A DNA stretch of 64,000 bases from Tubulanus polymorphus (lineage: Eukaryota; Animalia; Nemertea): assembly GCF_964204645.1 (NCBI RefSeq), contig NC_134028.1:7936001-8000000 (forward strand). Reading direction: 5' to 3'. The notes under the pieces were generated by a model, which had not been told where the DNA came from, did no database searches, and saw only the letters and a program-made list of their open reading frames with translations. The translations under genes were made by a program, and so were the position numbers. Below are positions 51,401 through 60,973 of this stretch, piece by piece. Each line of letters starts with the position of its first letter. The stretch's first letter is position 1.

Positions 51401-52955
51401 TTGTTTTCAAATACTTATCAATGTTCAACGTCATGAGAAAATATGTAATCATCAATTCAAATGAGTAATATTTGATTGATAAAGAAAATAGCGTAGGCAT
51501 ATCAGCACAATTATTCTTATAAATCAAAAAATGCAATCAAAACAAACATTGGCCAAATTTCAAAGCCATAGCAACAAAAAGGGTGTTGTTGAAGGCTATT
51601 TGTTTTCAGAGGAAAATCTATACGGTACTGGTCACAGTTTTACTGTTATCCGGCTTTTAAGTCCACTTTCAAGTTCGAAATTAATTAAATGAAAGCTCCG
51701 TTACATTTTACTTGACAACATTCAAATGTCAGCCCATTTCAAACATTTTGTATCAACTCAATAGAAATCAGTTGCATAAAAGATTGCACCAACCCCATAG
51801 AAACAACTTAATCAAATCATGATTCCCCTGAATTTCTATTTAACAAGAAAAATCAAATTAGGCTAGTTAATTCTAAAAAGTTTACCCGAGTTGAATAATT
51901 GGAAATTACAGCCAAAGCTAAAATTACTAAAATTCACAACTGTGGATTTTCCTCTAGTTTGTATCATTCTTGATTAATTAAGTCCCTTTGTTCTAGATTT
52001 ATTTCATAATTTCCATTCGCAATTCAGTACTCCCAAAGATGACTATTATACTATAATATAGTTGAAACGTCGAATAAACTACTAGTTCAAGGGAACATTT
52101 TCAGACTACATGTTTTCGTCATTATTGTGGGATCCTATATACGGTAGATTACAACAGTAGAAATGGTTCCTAAATGGATCCTAGAAAAATGGCCAGAGTT
52201 CATTGAGCGAACACAAATACAACTGAAAAATGCTATCGAATCAGTCAGAGTATAACAGACCTACGAATGGTGCTGGATAATGATTTTTTAAACAAGTGCA
52301 CTTATGCATAATATATTTCGAAAAATTTCAAAACTTACATGTTGGCTGTGAAACTGGTGGCACAGCCTGTCGTATCACAGCTAGAAGCACGAATAAACCA
52401 ATAGGCAATAATACATTCACACAGAGAATCACCTAAAAATTTGAGCGAAAAAAATGATACACAAAAAATCAACCATGCACATTTCACCGAATACCCAGTC
52501 AGTTCAATAATTCTTCTACATATAGCTTTGGTATGAAAAGTGCATTAAAGAGCAATTCTGTTTGATTTAGAGGCTGTCCTTATGACGTCCACACAAAATT
52601 GCCCAAAATTCTGACCCTACGGTCCACAAGAGTGTCCACAGTTTGTTATTCAATGTATTATCTTGAAAACATGTGAACTATTTCTCCTGTAATTCGAAGT
52701 TAAGTAATGCACTGAATGATTTGTTTTGGATTAGGCCTAGGAATTACGCTGAAGAAGGATATCTACATCCAAACAACCCCTTCCCCATTGTCCACAAAAG
52801 TCCAAAGTTCATAAACCCGCCCTACCCTAAATTGGAAACATTATTCATAATACCAGAACAATTTTTTTCAAAAATCTGACTTAGCTTACCGGTTGCCTAG
52901 CTTGCAAGGTAAAGTTCTTCCACAGATTTGATCCTAATTGACTAAATATTCCCAT
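304..52955 (-). CDS. Giant ABCA-subfamily ABC transporter (ABCA1/12/13-like), 5' part only; multi-exon, continues beyond the left edge of the window
   Basis: Spliced N-terminus reads MGIFSQLGSNLWKNFTLQARQP / VILCVNVLLPIGLFVLLAVIRQAVPPVSQPT / CSYNPRSLPSAGALSYMQSYVCNVNNKC. This matches the ABCA N-terminal LWKN motif, TM1 and the PSAG..Q..CN.N.C ECD1 motif. Dozens of downstream minus-strand GT-AG exons (many in the ORF track) encode repeated helical modules. No Walker A/B or further TM helices were seen in the window. Confidence 0.9.
3846..4358 (-). CDS. ABCA internal exon (513 nt), fused sub-modules of one repeat
   Basis: TTTTCAG acceptor and GTAAA donor; WEKAIAAQLDPVRIDWNQSLIQYARL...LNPPKID...LGPDFVNGFLATQWKLNM. 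Confidence 0.82.
6381..7096. mobile_element. Non-autonomous Helentron/HINE-like repeat, interrupted by a nested MITE
   Basis: Shares CATTGCATTTTGGATATGTTGTATCT...GACAACTTTTTGAATTT...AAGGTCATGTC...AAGTTTCATCAAGATC...(CAGA)n...GGAAGCCYGAGAACCAA with copies at 22834 and 31575. AACAAG 5' end and subterminal inverted repeat GGTTCTTGGGCTT / AAGCCYGAGAACC. Confidence 0.65.
6651..6969. mobile_element. MITE nested inside the Helentron-like copy
   Basis: Termini CATTGTTCCCA / TGGGAACCATG, flanked by duplicated ATCCTA; internal TTTCCC motifs; absent from the other copies of the host repeat. Confidence 0.6.
9085..9245. repeat. Partial copy of the Helentron-like family
   Basis: GCTAGATGGAGCATTGGGCCCATT...TACCAAAGTTTCATTAAGATCGATCCAC...ATGAAGCTAGGTAGC...GACAGACAGT matches the other copies. 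Confidence 0.6.
10125..10251 (+). mobile_element. 3' fragment of a non-LTR retrotransposon (RTE/L2-like)
   Basis: Degenerate IKEWTG...AEDHSEWKQAV coding remnant ending in a (TGA)n tail. Confidence 0.4.
10284..10568. mobile_element. piggyBac-type MITE
   Basis: TTAA-CCCTTTCA ... TGAAAGGG-TTAA: TTAA duplication and CCC/GGG termini. Confidence 0.75.
10618..11527 (-). CDS. ABCA large internal exon (910 nt) containing more than one full repeat module without introns
   Basis: Part of ORF 10546..11631. TTCCAG acceptor and GTAC donor; phase 2 start matches the upstream exon ending at ~18058. Contains LCSGG...LFCKINET and two L..LF.N/L..L..N-type segments. Confidence 0.85.
11783..11902. repeat. DIRS inverted terminal repeat (3' end of the element)
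   Basis: Exact reverse complement of 17689-17808 (120 bp). Confidence 0.95.
11961..12057. repeat. DIRS internal complementary region (ICR)
   Basis: 11961-12018 is the reverse complement of 11740-11797; 12017-12057 is the reverse complement of 17787-17827. Confidence 0.95.
12390..13700 (-). CDS. DIRS tyrosine recombinase (overlaps the pol 3' end)
   Basis: 436-aa ORF with SAM-like N-terminal part (YDAKWSHFADWC, IKGYRSAI) and catalytic R (ARRSE), HxxR (HQVR), W (FWNS) and Y (TFTSFY). The usual SLGPVVMAQ tail lies in another frame, implying a frameshift just after the catalytic Tyr. Confidence 0.9.
   Translation of the reverse strand: MSSVCVPVSRRGSVGGRCLLSGLVGDACVCVPTHTSPAALTGSNREISQLQHSSGSTMLAGSQMVPTTSQPTVRQPQDSSEFPIASVSGDLSASSKQPVVKSARLAIVQRSLSASGFSEQAASFIAGSKRPSTSTIYDAKWSHFADWCAAGEIDPCSPSVAQLADFLLHLFVVKGLQVITIKGYRSAISHTLRASGWPNVAGDHRISQLVAGFSISRPRVTRTVPPWDLSVILKKLMEAPFEPLSAASFANLSKKTVFLLFLACLARRSEIHALSVRQGHIVFGPANEFVSLRPALEFLAKNQRPGSVGRQWRIEALKHRVEPGIPDRTLCPVRALCFYLDRSASRRGSRERLFIPLLDHLKGDISRDTVARWVSSMIKDILLKENLSSEGVVSHQVRSMATSCAAFSGAPLEEVCRAAFWNSPSTFTSFYLFQAS
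13220..15390 (-). pseudogene. DIRS pol: reverse transcriptase - RNase H - N6-adenine methyltransferase-like domain, disrupted
   Basis: Motifs SRIFMVPKATGGQRTVIDLSSLN, LDLKDAYFQVPI, LPFGLSTAP, VYLDIW (YxDD altered), VFTDASHQGWGAH, HINFLEMLAV, TDNST, NVMADALSR, DLFATRFN and DWSGMHAYAFPP. Premature stops at 14860, 14388 and 13885; frameshifts near ~14715, ~14185 and ~13760. Confidence 0.92.
15257..17487 (-). pseudogene. DIRS gag-like ORF1 (one frameshift near ~16950)
   Basis: N-terminal Cys/His knuckle DNHDSCASCRRKSGQICARSNPCNICVVW typical of DIRS1 ORF1, then an RS-rich tract. The frame of ORF 15257..16606 extends upstream as SSSRSRSRSRDRHRSRHDRRD, a different frame from ORF 16648..17508. Confidence 0.75.
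17689..17808. repeat. DIRS inverted terminal repeat (5' end of the element)
   Basis: Exact reverse complement of 11783-11902. Confidence 0.95.
21550..21800 (-). mobile_element. L2/CR1-clade LINE ORF2 C-terminal fragment
   Basis: VFKVLKGHSPLFLKEML...YRS...LWNNLPFNI resembles the conserved (F/Y)K.L.G.AP.YL...LRS...LWN.LP tail of L2/CR1 ORF2. Confidence 0.6.
22834..23146. mobile_element. Helentron/HINE-like repeat copy (5' truncated)
   Basis: Same core, (GACA)n microsatellite and GGAAGCCCGAGAACCAA end as the copies at 6381 and 31575. Confidence 0.65.
28677..28920. repeat. Foldback: ~110-bp imperfect inverted repeat with a short spacer
   Basis: GATAAGATAAAAACCCACTATA...GATCATCGTCA mirrored by TGATGATGATC...TATAGTGGATTTTTATCTTATC. 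Confidence 0.75.
31575..31922. mobile_element. Helentron/HINE-like repeat copy
   Basis: Starts AACAAGCCACAGATGACAACGGTTTCACGGGCTCAGG, ends GGAAGCCTGAAAACCAA; same core. Confidence 0.65.
35677..35762. repeat. Compound microsatellite (TACG/TATG)n-(TA)n
   Basis: Directly visible. Confidence 0.95.
38328..38750. mobile_element. MITE with CAGGGAAGTG termini carrying a telomere-like minisatellite
   Basis: TIR CAGGGAAGTG/CACTTCCCTG, 7-bp direct repeat GTCCAAT on both flanks, subterminal 21-bp inverted repeat (38371 / 38713), internal ~13-bp GGTTAGGGTTTAG-like array at ~38465-38678. Confidence 0.8.
42696..43040. repeat. Two inverted copies of a tRNA-like (B-box) short repeat
   Basis: GGCTAGTGTAACAGAGTTTTGT...GTCATCAGGTTCGAATCCCTGCCG at ~42965-43030 and its diverged reverse complement at ~42705-42787; a related B-box at ~29892. 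Confidence 0.55.
43877..46584 (-). CDS. ABCA ECD1 exons for the first (canonical) copy of the module later repeated (approx. 46455-46584 and 43877-44075)
   Basis: DSFTVSSLVKDPEVIRKYLVETERVMSDLMAKALLDATINMEG and ...GIVCNSTRFGKYLLFKDESTQASIADQLCRLNSSKIPEIVDYVQKQID resemble ABCA1 ECD1 segments [24 protein letters not shown] and [25 protein letters not shown] (recalled, not aligned). Confidence 0.75.
44345..44458. mobile_element. Short palindromic MITE (related copy at ~5161-5272)
   Basis: GGTATCAACTTTAAC...CTAACTCAATT-GAAATTG-AATTGAGTTAG...GTTAAAGTTAATACC hairpin; CTAACTCAATTC core shared with the 5161 region. Confidence 0.6.
45604..45769. mobile_element. hAT-like MITE
   Basis: TIR CAGTGTTTTCAATAAGA / TCTTATTGAAAACACTG with internal AGCCAGGTCCC / GGGACCTGGCT; no clear TSD. 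Confidence 0.65.
46083..46400 (+). mobile_element. tRNA-derived CORE-SINE
   Basis: A-box TGGGCGAGTGG, B-box GGCTCGAACCC, CORE-like CCTTCAGGCAAGACACTTT...CTCTCCACCCAGGAGTAA, L2-like tail GCGCTATACAAAT and (ATC/ACT)n end. A CORE fragment also lies at ~9776-9815. Confidence 0.75.
47573..47702 (-). CDS. ABCA third coding exon, start of ECD1 (CSYNPRSLPSAGALSYMQSYVCNVNNKC)
   Basis: TTTTCAG acceptor, frame-compatible with the previous exon; contains the conserved ABCA PSAG...CN.N.C motif. Confidence 0.9.
48145..48235 (+). mobile_element. LINE ORF2 C-terminal remnant
   Basis: LFKLRTSSHRLSIEKDRHLNIDRNSR resembles the K.R.S.H.L.IE.GR motif of CR1-group ORF2. Confidence 0.5.
50707..50973. mobile_element. 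hAT-like MITE (CAGGGGCGGATC / GATCTACCCCTG); related ends at ~37167, ~49375-49562 and ~58028-58373
   Basis: Terminal inverted repeats visible; the family recurs in the window. Confidence 0.6.
52339..52432 (-). CDS. ABCA second coding exon (94 nt), transmembrane helix 1
   Basis: TTTTTAG acceptor and GTAAG donor. Encodes hydrophobic VILCVNVLLPIGLFVLLAVIRQAVPP; phase-1 end splits the Cys codon as in ABCA genes. Confidence 0.92.
52890..52955 (-). CDS. ABCA first coding exon (66 nt, 22 aa, MGIFSQLGSNLWKNFTLQARQP)
   Basis: ATG at 52955-52953 and GTAAG donor after 52890. Length and motif match the first coding exon of vertebrate ABCA1 ([22 protein letters not shown]). Confidence 0.93.
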
Positions 52956-53605
52956 TGTTCGTTTGAAAACTGATTATATCAACAATCCAAGAACGGTATC
53001 ATATTTTCTTTAAAATCCGTAGTTGAAAAGAATATTCTATGAAATAATTGATGTCCTGTTGTTTGTTGGTGCTGTAAATGAAAAAATGATTTTTACAAAT
53101 GATATTCGACAATTGCCTGCTGGACCGAAAACATACTTTTATCAATATCTATCATTTCCGGTAGCAGTATAATTATGTCAAAATGGATTGAAAATTTGGT
53201 TTCGATATTCATTTCATGTGTGACAACTAACTAGCAGCGATGTGGAATGCCCATATGAAAATTTCCAGAACGATATTAAACTTTGTCCAAGACAGGCTAA
53301 TACTACTTTTACAATTTGTAAAACTTTCTGATTTGTTACAAATTAGTTAATCAATCGAAGGCACCAAGAGTACAACTTCGGAGAATAGCGGCAACTTTCT
53401 TTTTAACTGTCAGTCAAAATGCCCTGACAAACATCGATCCTGCATTCATTCTTGTACTGTACTGTAGAGATGGTGAGAACCGAGCGATGATGAGTTAGTA
53501 GAGTACAGTAACCACAGACTTCCAGCATCCAGAAGTCAGCAAAATGTTGCTTTTCATTTTCAGCAAATAATGTCACTCTATGAAACTTATTCACAACGTA
53601 CTCAC

Positions 53606-53703
53606 CGATATCCTTTACGTTTTTGTAGAATCTATATCGCACGCGCGTCAGTGTTACGACGTTCTGTTTGACAGTCGCAGTACTATTTACTGCCCTTTAT
53701 AAA
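53606..53703 (-). promoter_or_regulatory. Probable non-coding first exon and TATA-like box of the ABCA gene
   Basis: GTGAGT donor at ~53605, TTTACAG acceptor at ~53072 upstream of the ATG exon, and TTTATAAA at 53696-53703 in a CpG-richer patch. Confidence 0.45.
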
Positions 53704-54526
53704 CTTGAACTACCGGGTAGCGCAATGCGACTCCGTACAGTGGCGCCATCTGACAGTCGTTTTACTAACTAGCAACTAGGCTATCACCGCATCTCATCGT
53801 TCAATCATTATAAACAGATAAAAACTAATCAATTTCACCATTTGTTATATCAGTACCTTTTATCAGGTTTATTCGTTGTTTTATAGCTGCTATTGTACCA
53901 AAGTAGTAGTAACCGTTGACGTTGTCTTGTCGCAACATATTCTTTGCCCTTGTTAGAGAACCACGGGCAATTAGCTTAACGAAAATTGGTCAAAAATAAA
54001 TTGATACGAAATTAGTAACTCGTTGCTGAATGAACGAGTGTGTAACCTACAAGTACCATTTTCCTGATTCTAATAAATTTTTGATATGAATTTGAATCTT
54101 GGTGTGGCGAGTGCGGACTGTTTCACACGGCGTCGAGTCGTCGCGCGCTTGCGGGATTAACTTTGACGGATAGACTGAAATAGTTAGTGTTTCTAAGCTC
54201 ATCCTTGGGCTTAATGATATTTAAATTGAAAACGTATAACGTAAGAGTCATTAAGCAGATAGAGCCTGAAGTATACTACAAAAACCTGGACTGAAAACTC
54301 CCTCGAAAGCCTAACGTAAAGCTAAAAGTTACCAATTCAAATCCAATTCAATTTTTTATTTGACGCTAAATTAATTTTCACATAAAGTAAAGGTTTTGTT
54401 CAACAAACTGACTCCGGTTACGGGGGAGTCTGCACTATCTACGTATGCGCATGCGTGAAAGAATAGGGTTAGGTGAGGTTATGAATTAACTTGTCAACAA
54501 GCTTCTACCAGTCGTGTGCTGCACAG

Positions 54527-54948
54527 CGGTCATCCTTATTACCGAGATAACGTATTTTACCGAGATGACATGAAATATAACATATTTATTTATTCCTTAT
54601 CGATTTTAACACTTGAAATCATATTATATCAGTAATAAATGCCTGTTGGAGTCATATTTTACATATTTTGTCGGATATTTTTGTAAAAAAATAACTTTTA
54701 ACTTTATCGAGATGAGATCGTCGATCAATCAAATTCAATGAAATTTAATTGCTAACCGAGTTTACGTATTTGAAGTCAAAATTTTTTTAAATAAAAAAAT
54801 ATGTAAAATAGGACTCTAGAAGGTATTTATTACTGATATAACATGATTTCAAGTGTTAAAATCGATAAGGAATAAATAAATATGTTATATTTAATTTCAT
54901 CTCGGTTGATCTCAGTAAAATACATCATCTCGGTAATAAGGATGACCC
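54527..54948. mobile_element. Long-TIR MITE between the ABCA and annexin 5' ends
   Basis: ~140-bp inverted arms (GGTCATCCTTATTACCGAGAT... / ...ATCTCGGTAATAAGGATGACC) flanked by an 8-bp direct repeat CTGCACAG (54519-54526, 54949-54956). Confidence 0.82.
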
Positions 54949-55246
54949 CTGCACAGGGGCTTGTCACAATTTATGGAGGATGGATGACACCAGTTATCCC
55001 TGTGGTGTGCTGTGGCTCAGTGGTTGAAGCACCCAAGCACTAATTAGCCACTATACTATTTTTTCGTTTGGTTTCGAATCCCAATATTGCAAGTCAGAAT
55101 TCTACTGTATTGCGCATGCCCCAACAAACCATAGGCCTACTCCATAACCGGAGCCACATCGTTTGTTCGGTGTTTGGTTCGTTGACAAAAAATATGTTTG
55201 ATTAATTTCAGTTTTTCTGATCGACGAGTAACTGATACTAGAAAAG

Positions 55247-58200
55247 ATGAGTTACCCTTATGGAGGAGGCGGAGGTTATCCACCTCAAGGAGGTTATGGA
55301 GGAGGTTATGGACAGCCTCCTCCCCCGGGTCCCGGATATCCAACACAACCCGGTTATCCTGCTGTAAGCGTCTTATCTAATGAATAAACGGCCTCGTGAT
55401 CTATTTTACCGCGACATCATGGGCCGGTTCCATAGTCAGGGCTTAGACTTAAAACCGGTCTAAGGCCGTCTTAGTTGCATATAGCCAATCTAACAACTTA
55501 AGAACACATTCTTAAGATTGGTCTGTGGTCTTGACTAAGGAACCAGCCCCTGACCTGAGCTTTGCTTCATATTCCATGTCCACATATGCTCTAATGATAG
55601 AATTCGGAGGGCCTTCTCATATTGGTTATTTATAATTCTGATTTCCATTGTTAGTTTGGAGTCAATATTAAATTCAAATTTTTAGGGCTAAATTCTCATT
55701 CTTGGGGTCAGTCATGGCTTATAAGACCACAGTTCTATTATCAATAGGCCTATTACCAATGACTTGACGACCACATTTGGACTTGAGTCATGACTGAGCA
55801 GCTTGGCTCAGAGCCACATACGTGTATTCCTATTTATGTCCATAAATTCTCTAATGATAGAATGCGAAGGGCTGTTGATAGCCAATTCTGATTTTGAATT
55901 TTGTTTCTATAAGCGCACAAATCAAATCGATCATTTCAAGTCAAATTTAACAGAACTTCGACCACATTTGGGCTTAAATCATGATGGAGAAAATAATAGG
56001 CCCAGAGCTACATATTCCTTTTTCTATGTATACATATGTTGTGCTCTGCGGCTACTTCATAATCGGCTTTGTTCTCATACTCTATCGTATCCTGAACACT
56101 ATATCTATCTATATGTATAGGGCCCAGGTATGCCTCAGCCAGGGTTTACTGATCCGTACGGGGCTGCGCCACCGCCTGGAGGAATCGGCTTTTCAGTAAG
56201 TAGGAAAGTCATTTTATCAATAAATCTATTTTCGTCAACTTCTTGAAAACTCTGACTCATCTCACAATTTTGAGTCAAATTAGTAGAATTTAAGCTAAGA
56301 TTTCAACTCTAAAAAGTTCAATGATACGTGGTATCTTTCTATAGATTCTTACTGTACTATACATGTATGTAGGCTTTTTGTCAATATTTGGGATTAACTT
56401 TCAGGGAATGCCGACGCCAGAAAGTGCTGGAATAAATCAAGTTCATGTAAGTCCGCTATAAAAACTCGGTCCGGCCACAGAATCTACTTGAACACTACGA
56501 CTTGAACAGAATCTACTCATCTTTAAAATGAATTTTTGTTTCAGGGTGGTGGGTACGGTATGCCTTCTGCTGCTGGCTACGGTCAACCAGCGTACGGACA
56601 GCCTCCCCCGCCGGCGCCAGGTTATGGCCAGCCACCAGTACCTGGTTATCCCCAACCCGGTTACGGTCAACCAGCGCCAGGAGGTTACGGTCAGCCACCG
56701 GCGCAAGGCTATGGCCAGCCACCGAGCGCTGGGTACGCGCCGGGCCCGGCTGCAGGCGGTTATGCACCCGCGCCAAGTGCCGGTGCATATCCAGGTTCGG
56801 GTGGGTATGCACCGGTGCCGAGTGGTGGCGCCGGCGCGTACGCTCCAGGAGGTGGGTACGCACCGCAACCAGGTGGGTATAATACAACCCCTGCCGCGGC
56901 TTCATATCAACCACCAAAAACGACATTGCACGTGGGAGCAGCTTCTGGTATCGTTCCTAAAATGAAAGGCATGAGCATTTCAGGACAAAGGGTACGTGTA
57001 CGATGAATATAACTATAGCCGTGATCACACACAGATGATTTGGCCTGGGCCGAATTGGCACGGATCAGGCCCGAGTCAAATTTAGCCTATAACTAGAGAG
57101 CGCTTTCATTCGCAAAACACTCCGTCGTTACTGAATAATGCTCAAACAAAGCAAAGCGAGTCATTTGTATTTCGTCGGGCCAAATACAGGCCCATTTGGC
57201 ACCCGTGTGAATAGTTGTTTCAGGCAAAATTTGGCCCGGGCCACAGATGCTCGTGTGATCGTGGTTTATGTGGATATATTTTTGCTTTTTTAGCGCTAGT
57301 TTCAGTTTCGTTGAAATGTTTTCAGTATCAAGGGACCCTTACGGATTACAAGGGTTTTAACCCGGAACAAGACGCTGGAGTTCTTAGAAAAGCTATGAAA
57401 GGAATCGGTAAATATAGAGACTAAATTTTCAGATTTGTTCATTCGGGTTGGAATTTTACCGTTGAGAGTCAAAAAGTGAAACAAAACTTCAGGTTCGGTG
57501 CAAGTGTTGAATACTGAAAATTAAGTCATACCTCAGATCGAAAATGAATGATCTAGAAAAGTATGAATAGGACTTTTTTTAAATTTTACCAGTTGCCTGA
57601 ATCGTCATTTTTCTGTTCTTTATCCGCTTCTATTCGTTAACATTGTGACATTATTTTTCGTAGGAACTGATGAGAAAGCTATCATCGACGTTCTCGGCCA
57701 CCGAACTAACGCCCAAAGATTGCGTATTCTCGTAACGTTCAAAACCATGTACGGCAAGGTAAGTAAGCCATATATATCGTAGAAGCGGATATTAGAATTT
57801 ATTGGTTAAAATAAAACTTAAATTCCAACCCTTTTGGTTATTTTATACTGGATATAAATGAACCTCAGAGGGAACTCATAATGATCACAAACTCGAATTG
57901 ACAAACCTTGCGTTTCGTCCCAAATGAGAAAATTTTACTAATTTCATACTGAAAAGAGAAAGAACTCGGATCAGTTATTACGGATATTTTCACTAGTCCC
58001 CTGATTTACATTGTAATGAGATTCTACTATATCTGCCGCTTTCGCAACAGGGGCGACCCAGCCTACTGCTGCTGCCGCTTGAGCGGTACTCGCGTTTGTA
58101 GAAGTGCCCTTCTATTTTGCAAGTTCTGGTAGAAGTAATTTGGAATGGTCAATTTGAATAATCGAAAATTGGTAAACTTCTTATCATTTGACGAATAGTC

Positions 58201-60973
58201 TTTCTTTAACAGGTTTAAATTTCATATTTTCTGGATGCAGAGAAGGATTTGATTCCCCAAATCAACTCATCTCAGATCGCATCTCAGAGCCCTGAAAATT
58301 CAAAATTTTCGAGGATATAGGTGCCCTTCCATAGCTGAGCAGTACTCAAAAACCTAGGCTAGATCCACCCCTGAACGAGTATTCAATTCATTAGTTCTTG
58401 GTTATGAGCGATAGAATTTCTGGTCCATTGTAGCAAGGATACGTTGTGTTTAATTTTAAAATTTCAAGACTTATTCATACTTAATCGAACGGTTCGATTG
58501 ACCAAGATTTGATGATTTTGTTCATTTCACGCAGGATTTGATTAAAGAGTTAAAAAGTGAACTTCGCGGTGATTTCGAGGACGCGATTATTGCACTGTTG
58601 AAACCGTTCGATACGTACGACGCTACTGAATTACGTAAAGCGATGAAGGTAGAAAATTGCGAAAAGTTCAGCATTTCTTGAGCATATTCGAACTCATGCT
58701 TGAGCTGTGGTCAATGATTTCGAAATTTTCAGGGAGCCGGAACTGACGAGGAAGCTTTGATAGAAATTATGTGTACGAGAACAAACCAAGAAATAGAGAA
58801 TATTAAGAAAGCCTATAAAGTCGGTATGTCTAAGGTGGTTGACAAAAAATAAAGTGGCTATCACTTCTAGCAGCGTGTGAGCGCATTTTATTGATGATTA
58901 GAATGGTCTTTCATCCCTAGTAGGCTGGGCTAGTCAATGACTGGAACGTCATAATCGCGTGAATAGACATCAAAAGAAAACGTTTTATAATTATGTTTGT
59001 AATTATGGCCTATGTTTGATTTTAGAGTTGAGGAGAGATTTAGAGAAGGATCTCGTCAGCGAAACCTCCGGTCATTTCAAGCGTTTAATGGTATCGATGG
59101 CAGCTGTAAGTGATGAAGATATTGATATTACGTTTGAAATTTCGTTTCGAGGTTTTCTAATCGCAGAATGATGGATTCAATCTTCTAATTACAGGGCGGG
59201 AGACTTGAGGATCAACCGGTAGATGTGAATAAAGCTAGAGCTGATGCGAAGGTAAGCCATAGAGTAAATTTTACAGAGCTTATTTCCACAGATGAGGGTT
59301 TTTGAGTTGATGTCTGGATTTAAGATTAGTTCCTATTCAAAGGATACACTTCAAAGCCTTTATTCTATGATTCGTATTACAGTGGATCCTCTTTAATACG
59401 TATCTTGTGGGCGTCAGTGAAATCATCGTGTTATTAAATTCTGGATTGATATAATCTTCTCAGCTGGATATCTAAATCATTGTAACAAAGGGGTTTCATA
59501 TTAAACAGAATCGTATTAACTGGGTCTGATCGTATTACTATGCACGCCTTGACGCTCGTTGTGGGCCCAGTAGGTTATTTTCAGGAGCCCACGGTAGATT
59601 TGTTTCGGTTTGCATTACAGGCTTTATACGATGCCGGAGAGAAGAAGTGGGGCACGGACGAGTCGAAGTTCAATTCGATCCTCGCGAGTCAAAGCGAACA
59701 GCAATTGAAACTCGTATTCGATGAATATCAGAAACTAACCGGACGGTCGCTAGAGCAGGCGATCCGCAGCGAAATGTCTGGTGATTTACTGAACGGCATG
59801 TTAGCTCTAGGTAAATATTATCGCCGCAGATATAGAGAATTTCATACTAATATAAGGAAAGCTGAAGTCTGATTAGTCAACTAGTGGTCGGAAATAATAA
59901 TCGAACGCACTTTCGTTCGGTCGTAATGCATTTCACTGTGTCGGCCATCTTGGAACTAGGTCCGAACTATATCGTCCGTGCTCAATTATTTCTTGACCAT
60001 AGTTTCGACTAACTGACATTCGGTTTCACTTAGTTCGCAAATCGTCGACTAACTCCACTAACCGATGTACACCATAAGTAGTATCTGGGAAGTACTGGGA
60101 ATTATAGCCATGACAGCAAACATGTTAAGCTTAAAATTTTGCGTTATAGGGAATACCTTGTGTAACATGGCACTAAAAGAGAATTGCTCGATTTAAAGTG
60201 AACCGAAATATTAAAAATATTTTAAAAAGTTTAAAAATATTTAAAAAAGTTAAATTGCATTCGAATAGTGTTAATAGGCAGGACTTGAGATTGACTTGAT
60301 TGTTGAAATTAGAAGTTCATTTCATGTTTAAACCTGCGAGTTTATTTTTAGCCAAGAACTGTGAAACTTTAGTCCAGGCGTGCTAAACTTCGCGAAGAAA
60401 AAGGCCGTTATCAATTCTACTCATTTTGCTGTGCTTGCATTGGAACAGATTTTGTCAAATCTGTCTCTTAACTCATCTGTCCAGAAGAGTGATTTGTAAT
60501 GTCCTACTCTTAGTAATGGATGGTTCACCGCATATTTCTTGTTTTTCAGCTAAAGTCGCTCAAAATCGTCCAGCCTTCTTCGCTGAACGTCTGTATAGAT
60601 CTATGAAGGTATGATGCAAATACATAATATAATACTAACTGGACTGTATTTTCGAATGAGCTGTCAATATGCCTTTTGTTATCGTCGAATAATTCAGGGA
60701 TTAGGAACGAACGACACGACGCTGATCCGAATTATCGTCACTCGGTGTGAAAAAGACATGGTCCAAATTAAACAAGAATTTCAGAAAATGTACGGAAAAT
60801 CGCTGGAATCATTCATTAAGGTTTGTGCTATGATTCGATTTCTCCTCATATGGATCGGTATCTTTTTCCGTCCTCAAGATATTTTTTCTCAAGCGAATGT
60901 TCCATTTTTTCAGGATGATTGTTCCGGTGATTATAAGCGAATATTGCTTTCTCTTGTCGGAGTCAATTATTAA
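55247..60973 (+). CDS. ANXA7: Annexin A7/A11-like protein (~543 aa): Gly/Tyr/Pro-rich N-terminus plus four annexin repeats
   Basis: Exons 55247-55363, 56121-56195, 56405-56446, 56545-56991, 57326-57407, 57664-57758, 58535-58648, 58733-58823, 59026-59105, 59195-59251, 59621-59810, 60550-60608, 60698-60820 and 60914-60973 join in frame (1632 nt). Starts [14 protein letters not shown]; repeats [25 protein letters not shown] and MKGLGTND. Orthology to A7 versus A11 is not resolved. Confidence 0.93.
57018..57266. mobile_element. MITE (PIF/Harbinger-like) in an annexin intron
   Basis: GCCGTGATCACAC...TTTGGCCTGGGCCGAATT mirrored by AAATTTGGCCCGGGCCA...GTGTGATCGTGG. Confidence 0.55.
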
